Origin: Williopsis jadinii
Taxonomy: Eukaryota
NCBI GenBank assembly: GCA_024346625.1
Contig: AP024667.1
Coordinates: 682,001 to 746,000 of the forward strand
DNA: 64,000 bases
Direction of reading: 5' to 3'
How positions within the stretch are numbered: the stretch's first letter is position 1; every line of letters starts with the position of its first letter. Position numbers and translations under genes: made by a program. Under the pieces are notes generated by a model. That model searched no databases, was not told the DNA's origin, and was given only the letters and a program-made list of their open reading frames with translations. Shown piece by piece: positions 22,070 through 32,110 of this stretch.

Positions 22070-22556
22070 TCACAGTATCATAATCAACAGCCACAGAAGA
22101 ACCGCATAGAGAAGCAGTCCCAAGAAGCTCCATCCGCAGATTCGATCGTATCGACGGCCTGTTTCACAGTGCTGTTTTATGACACTGCTGACCAGCGAAT
22201 CGTCATTCAACTCCACAGAGAGTGCGATCTCATCTTTGTACGCCCATTCAATACTCTCGCTGAATTTGTACTGTGAATCGTCTTTGAAGGAGGCCATGAA
22301 TAGCAAAAGGTTGTAGACCCACAGCAACGGACATACTGTTCCGTATAGCAAGTTCTATTGCGTTCGTTCACGTTAGAATCGATCGTATACATGTATGAAT
22401 GAGAATGTTATAACTTACCCTCTCCACCTTCTCATGACCATTTCTCTTGTATACGCACCTGTCACAATAATAGTATGTATCTTTGGGAGATTGCTCCTCT
22501 AGCTCACTGTAGGATGGAAGTTGTTCAACTTGACCAAATTCAACATTGGAGTCCAT
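22070..22556 (-). CDS. ASG7: a-specific Ste4 regulator Asg7, 2 exons (appears as two ORF fragments)
   Basis: Exon 1 22556-22419; intron 22418-22355 (GTAAGT...TTCTAAC...TAG); exon 2 22354-22070. The in-frame 140-aa product has YYYCDRC, LLYGTVCPLLWVYNLL and SFLGLLLYAVLL, matching recalled Asg7 motifs. It lies between the YJL171C-like gene and SET2, as ASG7 (YJL170C) does in S. cerevisiae. Confidence 0.8.
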
Positions 22557-22715
22557 GATATTTTGCCCATATGGAAATCAAATATACTTCTGTCATTTGT
22601 ATAGTTCATGATCAAATACATTCTTGTGTCTCCTTTATATCCCCTTTTGAGATTACTCAGTATTATGAGCATGTTAATGACTAAATTTGGAGGTATCATA
22701 TCACACTAAAAAAAA

Positions 22716-22739
22716 TTCCCGATTTGGGAAAGCACAATG
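22716..22739. promoter_or_regulatory. a2-Mcm1 a-specific gene element upstream of ASG7
   Basis: Minus strand reads CATTGT-GC-TTTCCCAAATCGGGAA: an HMG (a2) site adjacent to an Mcm1 palindrome, ~160-180 nt upstream of the ATG. Confidence 0.7.
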
Positions 22740-22846
22740 GAATCTCAAAAACGATTTCATAATGTGTGGATGTCTAGGAATGATTGCTTGCAATACAAGA
22801 ACGTTACATTCATAAAACAGTACCAGATCGTTTTATTGAAGACGTG

Positions 22847-25069
22847 TTACGTATGTGGTTTCTTCCTCGAGCCATCATCGTCATCTAATGTACGCTTGTG
22901 ATGCTTCGACCGGTACTTTTCAAGGAATTTCTCCATGTACGACTCCGTGAACATCTTCACTTTCTTCCTCTTTTCAACATCCATCTTTTCTGCTGGTTTT
23001 CTAGACACATCTTTCTTATACTCCTTATCAACCAGAATATGCGTGATGTCCCTACCACATTCTCTAACGTTGTCTTTACCAATCTCATCGACGTACTTCT
23101 TCAACATGTTAGGCACCTCTTTCGCAAAATAGTGTGACCATCTCTTCTTGAACTCGGTCTCATCGTATACCTGAGATTGTTTCGACTTTTTCAGCCTGTA
23201 CTCCTCTCTCTTACGGGCTTTCTCCTCTAAGAGTCTTTGCTCATGTTCCAACTTCTTTTGTTTATCCTCTTCTAGCTTTTTGGCATCTTCAATGATTTGG
23301 TTCAATTCATCTTGTTCCTTGACCTTCTCCAAGTATTTTGAACGTTCCTCTTGAGCTTTCTGTCTCTTTGCAGCAACTTCTCTACCTCTATCAAACCCAT
23401 TTCTCTTCGGCTTACTGTTGTTTTCGAGAGGCTCATTCCAAGCTGTTTCTTTGGTATCCGCGTTGTAGTAGTAAACAGCACCATTTGGATCACTAGTCGC
23501 ATACCAACCTTGTTTCCAATAACGCTTTCTCCACGTCTTCTGAATAGTGAATTGCTGTTGCTGTTGGTCTTTCTCTGGGGATCCGGAGCGTGAGGTTTCT
23601 TGGGCCCTTTCACGTCTTCTATCATCCAGATAGAACTTCTTCCTCTTTGTATTGCTCTTTGAGATTTTAACGTGGTTTTTGAATGTGCTCCACTCTTTCA
23701 AAAGCTCTTCACAACGCTTCTTCACTTCTTTAGAATCAGTTGTTTCGATGAGCTTCTCAATGATGGGTGTTATGTGAACTTTGTTGAGATAGTCTTTCGA
23801 TACAACCCATTTCTTCATAATGCTTAATAAACGAAGTATCATTGATTCTTGCACTTGGAACCAATTTTTATCCGACTTGTCATAGGTAAATTTGAAGATT
23901 CTGCCAAATGCTTGGAATCCGTGGGAGTATTTTGCCTTAGAGTGAATTGCATCAGATGATAATTCTAAACGTTCAATCAGCTTATCACAGACCGTTTTAT
24001 CCTCAACTTGTAAAAGAGCACCCATCACTTGATGCACTTCAGTGGCAACAATTCCTTGCATGACTAGGCCCTTCACGAAGTCCACATTGATATCTGTAGT
24101 CTTCACAAGCTTTTGACCTTTCTCCTTCATCAATTTCAAGAACTCTTGTTCATCTTCAACGCTTGAACCTAAAGCTTGTGAGATCAACTGTGGTAGTAGT
24201 GAAGCAGCATCTGTCTGTGTCTTACCACCGATAAAGCCAATACAGTTACGTTCACCACAATGACAAGGTTGGGCATTTGCACCGTATCTATCGACATTAT
24301 AGTTAAAAGTCAGTTCTTCACCTTGTAAGATTCTTCTCTTTGCAAAAATACCCATTTTGAGCTTATCACCGACAACCCATTTCTCCACATAACAATTTGG
24401 ATTACAAGAGTGATTACAAAATCTACCCAATGAACCCTTTCTTGTAGCATCAATGAACTCGCCCTTCTGTAACATCATAAAATAGAAATGTCTCAGTTTC
24501 AAACGGTCGTACTCAATCATTCTCGTCTTAAAAGTCTTTTCATCAATCACTTCACCAATGTATTCATACACTAGAGTATCAGGTTCTAGCATGCTATCTG
24601 CACGTAGTCCATACCCTTTCATCTCTGTTTGTATCACTGTGACTTGAGCATACTGCTTTCGCTGTAATCTTTGATTGGCGCAGCCTACACCACAAGAGCC
24701 TTCTCCACTGATACATTCCACTTTTGTACCTCTATTGATACAGTCATCGTCATCACACGCGTGGTTGACACCGTCATACCAATCTTCTTCACACACACAG
24801 GTCATTGGCTCTTGGCCACTTGAACCAAGGGATTTGTTTTGATAGGTACATTGCTCCAGCTCACTATAATTTTCCCTAGCCTCCTCGGTCTTATCTGAAA
24901 GCTCCAAGAATAATCTTATGCCATCCGGCACCTTATTCTTTATCTGTACTTGACGGTCAAAGTGTTCCTTTGATTTGAGCTGTTCAGATTCAGTCAATGT
25001 TGGTTCAAACGCTTCAGAATCAGAACGCTGCGACCTTTGAGAGTCATAATTATCCTCATCAGACTCCAT
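22847..25069 (-). CDS. SET2: Histone H3K36 methyltransferase
   Basis: AWS-SET-postSET domains (RFCNHSCNPNC, ELTFNYNVDRYG, CHCGERNC), a WW domain and a C-terminal SRI domain. Confidence 0.95.
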   Translation of the reverse strand: MESDEDNYDSQRSQRSDSEAFEPTLTESEQLKSKEHFDRQVQIKNKVPDGIRLFLELSDKTEEARENYSELEQCTYQNKSLGSSGQEPMTCVCEEDWYDGVNHACDDDDCINRGTKVECISGEGSCGVGCANQRLQRKQYAQVTVIQTEMKGYGLRADSMLEPDTLVYEYIGEVIDEKTFKTRMIEYDRLKLRHFYFMMLQKGEFIDATRKGSLGRFCNHSCNPNCYVEKWVVGDKLKMGIFAKRRILQGEELTFNYNVDRYGANAQPCHCGERNCIGFIGGKTQTDAASLLPQLISQALGSSVEDEQEFLKLMKEKGQKLVKTTDINVDFVKGLVMQGIVATEVHQVMGALLQVEDKTVCDKLIERLELSSDAIHSKAKYSHGFQAFGRIFKFTYDKSDKNWFQVQESMILRLLSIMKKWVVSKDYLNKVHITPIIEKLIETTDSKEVKKRCEELLKEWSTFKNHVKISKSNTKRKKFYLDDRRRERAQETSRSGSPEKDQQQQQFTIQKTWRKRYWKQGWYATSDPNGAVYYYNADTKETAWNEPLENNSKPKRNGFDRGREVAAKRQKAQEERSKYLEKVKEQDELNQIIEDAKKLEEDKQKKLEHEQRLLEEKARKREEYRLKKSKQSQVYDETEFKKRWSHYFAKEVPNMLKKYVDEIGKDNVRECGRDITHILVDKEYKKDVSRKPAEKMDVEKRKKVKMFTESYMEKFLEKYRSKHHKRTLDDDDGSRKKPHT

Positions 25070-25304
25070 GACTTCTTCCCTTATAGATGTGTTGTCTCTC
25101 TCTCGAGTAGTTCTCTATCACCAGGGACGATTGAGAATGCCAATATAATCAAATACGGTCTCCTTTCCCCTCAAAACAAAATGAAGGTAAGCAAGAAGTG
25201 GAGTCAATAGTAAAAGTAAACATCAACAAACAGTAAACACATTGAAAAAAAAGCTTCGACACGTCCAAAACAATTTCGTCCACAGAACTGAGCCTCCTGC
25301 CCAT

Positions 25305-25403
25305 ACACCTGGACACCTAAACATCCGGACACCTGAATTCTGGAGGTCTCAAGAGGTGCATAGATCACATGACCACGCGAGAACCGGGGTATAGATTATA
25401 AAG
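25305..25403 (+). promoter_or_regulatory. Tandem Rap1-like sites, Cbf1-like site and TATA box
   Basis: ACACCTGGACACC 25305-25317, ACATCCGGACACC 25321-25333, TCACATGAC 25365-25373, TATAAAG 25397-25403. Confidence 0.5.
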
Positions 25404-25429
25404 AGGCACCATGATACTAATAAAAATAG

Positions 25430-26240
25430 CAAACCTGCCGTCAAATCTCCCCAAAGTGTCCCAGACAGTAGCTACTACTCGAGCTAAGTGATGTACAAAG
25501 TATGAGTTTGTAATCTTCAATCCAGCCTGAGATATAACCATTCATAGTTTGTATGGTATAATCAAAGAAATGGCACAAATTTGCTTATTAGAATAGTACT
25601 AATGTAGAATATATGGAATGATGGTAACAAAAATAGCGGATTGGGATTGTGATTCCCCCCCCCCCAAATTATATCAGTCAGTAGCTAAAGCTCCAAGCAA
25701 AACATATACCAAGTATAAGCAAGTAACCATTAGTACTTCCTGAGTTATTACCATCCAAACAATTGGTAAGAATGTCAAACAAAAAGGTCATAAATCTGCT
25801 TATATCTCAACAACAAAATAAAATTGAGGAACACTAACAAGTCAGGCTGTAAAAAGAGATCTATATAATCATATATATAGACTTTTGACTTTATGAGATC
25901 GGTGGCTCTTCGAGAAGAGTTCGTCCCATTTTTTTCTCCTTTTTTCAATATTATTCATTCTGGTTCTTCGTTATCCCATTAATTGTAGAAATGTAAGGTT
26001 GCATTAAGCACATAAAGGACAATATTAATATTTTCAATACCTAACACGACTTATGTTAGCATCACTCTAATATTGATACCAAACACTCTTTCAATCGTAT
26101 GTACGAGATCATTATTTTATCAACGAAGAGACAAGACATAGAGTTAATACCCGACTGGCCGCACAGCGTGAGTCTACTGCAAAGGTAGCGGAGCATTACA
26201 GGTCAACCAGTACTGGTGTTAGTATACTGTAATTTTGGTA
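25430..26240 (+). ncRNA. Candidate structured Pol II ncRNA ending in an Sm-like site (identity unknown)
   Basis: No ORF of 60 aa or more. Several hairpins, a possible pseudoknot, and AATTTTGG at 26231-26238, downstream of a promoter-like cluster. Boundaries are approximate. Confidence 0.25.
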
Positions 26241-26323
26241 TTAGTGGATTCATTAAATGCATATGTATAGTTTAGATGTGATGTATATGCTACTTGGTGC
26301 ATTGTGTGTCAAGATTAGGTAGC

Positions 26324-28510
26324 TCAGATCTGAGACAGCAGCGTCCTTACCCTTTGCATCGACTCCTGTGATCCATCACAGTCTCCAACACTGTCCAATA
26401 CTTTGGAGACTTTGTCGAATGCAGCTCTATCCACATACGAGCTGGGTTTTCCGTTGGTGTATAGCCTTCTGATCGTTGGTTTATACGTTCCGAGGTTATC
26501 AATGCTTTTGTTGATGACAAACTCCCTAATCTCACGGGCTCTCAGAGACACAAATATTGTACGTGTTTCTTCGCAGTTGGCCTCCAACAAATCGTTTCTC
26601 ATGGTGTTAATGATCTTCGTCTCCAAGTCCTGTGAAGGTGGACACGCTTGCAATTTGAAACATGGTGTGAACTCTGAGATATATCCACATAGAGGTTCAA
26701 GGGCAACCGTTCTTCTGCGTTCATGTTCATACTCTGATGTCAAATCATCATATTGCACATTCACCACCGAGACGGATTTGATAGGGTCATATTCAAGTGA
26801 CGTTGTGATACAACTCGTACTGTTATCCATGAGCTGTAACAGTTCATTTCGATATTCATTTAACCGTTCAGATTTCGTCAGAGGAGAACAAGAGTCCCCA
26901 ACTGACATAACATTAACAACGTTCCTTCCGATATGTGGCAACTTGGGCATAACCCTCTTCAGTTTACCCATGTTCTGTGTGAGGTCAAAACTCGACATTG
27001 TTCTCGGTAAAGAATTAGGAAGGGGTTGTTGACATGGAGTTGTTGTTGTTGCAGTAGTTGTGGACCAAGGATATTCATCATACTCCATCTTCGGCGATGG
27101 TGTATGGTAGCCGTGTATGGAATTTGTCATCGATGAAGACGTTGAATCCATTGAATTTTTCCAGTTTTGCAACATGTGGAAGCCTCTCGATAATGATGAC
27201 GAGAAAGAGTTATGAGACTGTAGCGAGGATGATAACTGAGCAACAGAACTGGAGGATGCCATCGGTTGAATCATTGAAGGTCTTGAAATGGGTGTCATTG
27301 TCGTTGTCGTTGCGGTGGATCGTGAAGGTGTTATGCTAGGAATTTCCCAACCTTTGCTAATTATTGATGGCGTTGAAGGTGAACCCCTCGTTGTTGCAAT
27401 ATACTGTGGCGATACCGGCTCGTCCCTCTTTGGATTATGCCTCTGGATGCCTTGAGTAGCATCTTCGAGAGTTGTGTCGATATTTGAAGCAGAGGAGCTA
27501 ATCTTTAATTCCGGGTTGTATGGTAGAATTCCGCTTATGATGAATATCAACTTTTGAACCACTATTGGATTGATGGCCATGATCACTACCCTAACAACAT
27601 TATTGGAGTTTGCGAGAGAAATGTCATCTTTGATGCCGTTGACCACAGCGAGCAGGCTTTGCAAGAATTTGGTTCCTATACAACCCAATCTTGCACCGTC
27701 TTTGATCTCTATCCAGTTATTAACTTCAAAACACCAATCTTGGAATATCGAATCGAACTGAGTGATCCCCAATAGTATCCGTGGGATTGAAACTAAGTTT
27801 TGTAATGAGATGATTGCTTGTTTGAACAAGATTGCAATATCAAGGTAATTCCCTTGTTGTTGTTTCTGCAGCACATGGTTTTCAATGAACGAGGTTTTTA
27901 TAAGGGCGATGTGATGTATCAGCTGTTTCCAGTTCGGTATGATACATTGTGACAGTTGTTCCTGGTTGACAGGTATGACAACCGCAATGGCAAAGTTCAA
28001 TTTGGAGTGTTCAAACTGTGTCGATAGCAGTACAGATTTCTGTAAGCCCGGAAGGGAGGACAAGACGTGCAGCTTAACCCTGCCTCTATAATGGAAGTCT
28101 TGGTGTATTGGGTTACCAAACATAAAGTCCAGCAACTCCGAAATCTCATGCCTATAATCACATTTCTTCGCCACGGGGTCATCAAAATGGTGATCCCTGG
28201 AAGAGTCGTACAGCACCTTATGGTTATCCCTGTTGATGATCTCACCCTTATCTTGTACCAGTACCATTCTAAAGCTATACGGATGTAGCGGGGTGAAGTT
28301 CAACTGGTTTGGCGTACCGTAAAGTATTGTTTTGGAGTAGGAGTCGTCATTGGGGAACGGTGATGTCTTGATATCAGAAATCGAGGACAAGTTCATGGTC
28401 ATCATCTTTGTGCTCAAACTATTACCAGAGGGGGCGCTATTACTCCTTGTACTACCAGCCTGCGGGTCCATTTGCTCAACGGAGCGACCGTTGAATAAAC
28501 GTCCGAGCAT
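26324..28510 (-). CDS. LST4: Lst4 (FNIP-like subunit of the Lst4-Lst7 Gtr2 GAP)
   Basis: MLGRLF N-terminus, FRMVLVQDKG, WCFEVNNWIEIKDG, RVVIMAINPIVVQKLIFII, FKLQACP. Near STE3, as in S. cerevisiae. Confidence 0.8.
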   Translation of the reverse strand: MLGRLFNGRSVEQMDPQAGSTRSNSAPSGNSLSTKMMTMNLSSISDIKTSPFPNDDSYSKTILYGTPNQLNFTPLHPYSFRMVLVQDKGEIINRDNHKVLYDSSRDHHFDDPVAKKCDYRHEISELLDFMFGNPIHQDFHYRGRVKLHVLSSLPGLQKSVLLSTQFEHSKLNFAIAVVIPVNQEQLSQCIIPNWKQLIHHIALIKTSFIENHVLQKQQQGNYLDIAILFKQAIISLQNLVSIPRILLGITQFDSIFQDWCFEVNNWIEIKDGARLGCIGTKFLQSLLAVVNGIKDDISLANSNNVVRVVIMAINPIVVQKLIFIISGILPYNPELKISSSASNIDTTLEDATQGIQRHNPKRDEPVSPQYIATTRGSPSTPSIISKGWEIPSITPSRSTATTTTMTPISRPSMIQPMASSSSVAQLSSSLQSHNSFSSSLSRGFHMLQNWKNSMDSTSSSMTNSIHGYHTPSPKMEYDEYPWSTTTATTTTPCQQPLPNSLPRTMSSFDLTQNMGKLKRVMPKLPHIGRNVVNVMSVGDSCSPLTKSERLNEYRNELLQLMDNSTSCITTSLEYDPIKSVSVVNVQYDDLTSEYEHERRRTVALEPLCGYISEFTPCFKLQACPPSQDLETKIINTMRNDLLEANCEETRTIFVSLRAREIREFVINKSIDNLGTYKPTIRRLYTNGKPSSYVDRAAFDKVSKVLDSVGDCDGSQESMQRVRTLLSQI

Positions 28511-29483
28511 CTCCTTGCCTCTTTGCTATCACAGTCAAATGTGCTTCCTTGTCCGTGTGTGTGTGTGTGTGGAAAGAAACGAAGAGGGAACAACGAAATC
28601 ACAAGGTCATGGACATCTGGTTCTCCTGAACTTTGTTATGAATATAGTGTATGGTCGATGAAGTCGGTAATCAGTGCTATCGTCTTTAAAATAAAAAGAA
28701 CCAGATATGTAGTCGAGTGAATGTTAAGGTGTATAATTATAGAAGTTTTGAAGTTACGGAGTGTTTACATCGAATTTCAGTGCAAAGTACCTTAAAGTCT
28801 TTGTGGTCATTCCGCGACAAACTCCAACGAAAAAACGCCTGGAAAGGTGTGCCTTAAAGCCTGATCTGATCAACTTCCCCGGCAGCCGGATTCCCTCCCC
28901 CCTTCTTACAAATAATTAATTCGCGCTATATAGGCATGTGCTAAATTTGATCAGTTGAGAGGAGCACTTTGGGCCTTTTTCTTCGGTTTTTTTGGAAGCA
29001 CTTAGTCTTTTTGGTTCCAGGCCCAGGGCTTTTTCCATGGACATTTGGCAGACCACTTCGAAATGGTCAAAATTGATCTAAACGAATCTTGACTTTAACG
29101 CATGGAAATTATTGTCCATGCATGACCGTCAAGCTGAATCCCCCACCAATGTAGCTGAAATTGTAACTGGCTAATGCTTTTTATTATACGAGGCCCTCCA
29201 CCTGATTGATCCAGAGAGGACACCATACACAAAGTCTCGTCCCCAAAGACTGTCTGTCGTACAAGCACTTCGTACCTTTGTCCGATGCACGGGGACGCCT
29301 ACTCATGCATGGTCGTTAACAGTCGGAGTTGAAGGGCCCAGCTGCGATTCACCTTTTGAATTGGTCGTCGTTTAGCCCATACGCAGCTACCGTACACACG
29401 CAAATGTCCATATCCTGATATAAAAGAGGTTGGTGATCACGTAGACCACGAAGGACCGATCAGCTGGAAGCAAACATAGCCCA

Positions 29484-30857
29484 ATGGACAAATTCATAGA
29501 GAGAGGACACGCCAGAAGAGCAGGCGGTGTTGAAAACTACTTCTGTATCCTTCAACGTCAACGTATATATAAGAACTTTGTTCTTATCGGGAGATTCAAC
29601 GAGCCAATCTCCAAGGACTTGATCTCATATGCCTTGCGGAAGCTACTCTTATCGTATCCTATATTGGCGTACTCAATCGTCACCACGGATTACTCAGATT
29701 TAACGGTACCACGTCCCGATCATGACTACGTGAAAGTGATGGACATGATCACATTGCAGGACGTGATGATGGACCTGCCACAGGAGATTGTCAACTGTAA
29801 GGACACTGAACAGCAGTTGAAGTTGTTGAATGATATCACCTGGGAGTACGGAGACGAGACTCCTCTGTGGAAGCTGGCAATGCTGGATGACAGGACCCTG
29901 TGCTATATATCAAACCACATCCTCTCGGATGGTACCACTGCAAAGAATTTGTTTGATAAATTGCAACAGTTGTTCAACGAATATGACCCGTCATCAACTG
30001 AGCTTCCTCCATACATCGTGGACTACTCGGCGGATTTCCAATCCATACCTCCATTACCAACGGCAATCGATGGTCTCTTGAACTACACGCCTCCATTATC
30101 TTTTCTTCCAGGTTACCTTTTGAACGTTTTGACGATTCGTACCTTGTGTTTCAAAGGAAAGACTTCGACAAGGGATGATACTCATTCTTACAGGGTCATA
30201 CGCGTCGATTCCAAGCACGTTGAGTCAATCAGGAAGAAGTTGAAAGAACACAATGTCACCCTGACACCTTACCTGTTAACGGCAGCGTTGAACGCAATGT
30301 ATACCAATGTCTTGAAGGACACATGGCTGGGTCTCATGGACGTTGTCATCCCATGTAACTCTAGACAGTTCCTGCCAGACAACAAACGTCTACAGGACTC
30401 TCAGTTATTCGGGTCCATCACTGCGGGCTCTCATCTCTGGTATCCACCTTTGAAACAGCTCTCATGGGCAAATATAAACTATACAAATGGAATCTTCCAG
30501 TACTGCAGAGCTGCAAGACACTACTTGTATGGAATGGGGATTTTGTTTACTGACTTCATGACGAAGAGAACCAATCTAGATAAGCTGATTGGTGATGCCA
30601 CAATGAATCAAACAAGGGGTGGTTTGAACTTCTCCAACATTGGTGTTATCCCACAGTACCCGAGCGAGAAGTATTCACTTGAAGACGTGATATTTGCGAA
30701 GAATTCACATGGTACTATCAACGCCTTCTCGCTGAGTGCTTGCTCCACTTCGAACGGGCTGACACTGGTCTTTACCATGGCAGATGGCACTGTTCCTAAG
30801 GAGAAGTTTGATCAAATCGCAACCACGCTAGAGGCAAATATACTGAGCTTTGCATAG
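29484..30857 (+). CDS. Alcohol acetyltransferase / SLI1-like CoA-dependent acyltransferase
   Basis: 457 aa with ENYF, PLWKL, the catalytic HxxxDG (NHILSDG) and FSNIG. Confidence 0.8.
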   Translation: MDKFIERGHARRAGGVENYFCILQRQRIYKNFVLIGRFNEPISKDLISYALRKLLLSYPILAYSIVTTDYSDLTVPRPDHDYVKVMDMITLQDVMMDLPQEIVNCKDTEQQLKLLNDITWEYGDETPLWKLAMLDDRTLCYISNHILSDGTTAKNLFDKLQQLFNEYDPSSTELPPYIVDYSADFQSIPPLPTAIDGLLNYTPPLSFLPGYLLNVLTIRTLCFKGKTSTRDDTHSYRVIRVDSKHVESIRKKLKEHNVTLTPYLLTAALNAMYTNVLKDTWLGLMDVVIPCNSRQFLPDNKRLQDSQLFGSITAGSHLWYPPLKQLSWANINYTNGIFQYCRAARHYLYGMGILFTDFMTKRTNLDKLIGDATMNQTRGGLNFSNIGVIPQYPSEKYSLEDVIFAKNSHGTINAFSLSACSTSNGLTLVFTMADGTVPKEKFDQIATTLEANILSFA

Positions 30858-30918
30858 GCACTGATACATATCAAGCTCTATGTATATTAGCATTATTATT
30901 ATATTCTTATTATCATAT

Positions 30919-31812
30919 TCACATTTCAAGCTTTGTAAAGTTTGCACCACCAGATGGAGGCACCTGGAGCCAGTTCTTCGAGTCGTACTCTGCAACTCCG
31001 TCAATGACATGGAATGCATACGCGTATCTCGAGCTATTGCTCAAGTTCAAGTTACTTCTATGCAACACGGAGTTGTGGATAAGCACAAGGGAACCCTTTG
31101 GACACTCAACCAGCTTGTAGCCTTCTTCCGTGTTTTCGTACGTCTCTTCCTTGTCTTCATCGACAGAGATGAACTCAGTAGTGACGGTGCCATTGTCCAG
31201 GGTCTTTCTAACAAATCTCTTCACTATCGGTGTGGTCTTATGGCTTCCAGGCAAGTAGCTCAAACACCCATTCTCAATGGTGCAGTCCTCCAGTGCAAAC
31301 CAAAACCCAACGGCGGTTTGCGGGTTTGTATATAGAAACACACCATCTTGATGCGATGGAACCTCACCACCAATCTGAGGCTGTTTGCAGATAATCATAC
31401 TTTGGAGCACACGGGGGTCCTTAAACCCCAGCTTTTGAACAATCTCGACGTTCTCAGGGGTGATTGTGACGTCGTGGAAGAGCTTATCCTTCATGTGCAA
31501 CCCGTGCCCAATCTTGTTTATGGCCAGGGTCTTTGGCTTGATGAGCTGATTCTTCTCATCAAACGCTCCGGGCTCCAGGAAGAAGGACACCTTGTCAGAG
31601 CTCTCCAGAAAGTAATTATCCCCAACGTGTGACTCACCAACTTTCGATCCCGTGGTGAACTTGGTCAGCGGGTGGCTCTTGATGTCAAAGTCCTCGATGA
31701 GCTCATGCGTATGCCTCATGAGCTCGCAAACCTGTTCCTCCGACAAGAAGTTCTTGATGCACAGACATCCCTCCCTGTTGAAAGTATCAACTTGCTCCTG
31801 TGTGAAAGTCAT
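30919..31812 (-). CDS. Phytanoyl-CoA dioxygenase (PhyH/PHYHD1-like) Fe(II)/2OG dioxygenase
   Basis: INKIGHGLH, QSMIICKQPQIGGEVPSHQD, WFALEDCTIENGCL, LIHNSVLHRS, SRYAYAFH. Confidence 0.88.
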   Translation of the reverse strand: MTFTQEQVDTFNREGCLCIKNFLSEEQVCELMRHTHELIEDFDIKSHPLTKFTTGSKVGESHVGDNYFLESSDKVSFFLEPGAFDEKNQLIKPKTLAINKIGHGLHMKDKLFHDVTITPENVEIVQKLGFKDPRVLQSMIICKQPQIGGEVPSHQDGVFLYTNPQTAVGFWFALEDCTIENGCLSYLPGSHKTTPIVKRFVRKTLDNGTVTTEFISVDEDKEETYENTEEGYKLVECPKGSLVLIHNSVLHRSNLNLSNSSRYAYAFHVIDGVAEYDSKNWLQVPPSGGANFTKLEM

Positions 31813-32110
31813 TGTCGCCTCTTCTTATGTATTTTCGGTCCAATTCAGGAGCTTCTGTTGAAATGTTGATGTTTGTTGATTAGATTTCGTACGATAAAAC
31901 GATTTGGGTGCGCAGGCTCGCTCTCCGCTGCCAAACGAGAAAAAAAAACTCGTCCGAGACGCTCGAGAATTTTTGTAGGCGGGCCAGCACAAAATTGATC
32001 AACAACAGCATCAACATCAACGACAACAGCATCAACAACGGCAAGAACAGCCGGGCTTATCATCACAGACCGTGGAGCAACGCTGAAGGAAACACACCGC
32101 GACGTCGACA

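Noticed and set aside
25450..25470. CCCAGACA as a telomerase template
   Set aside because: It is only one 8-nt unit without terminal redundancy, and this species' telomere repeat is not known from the window.
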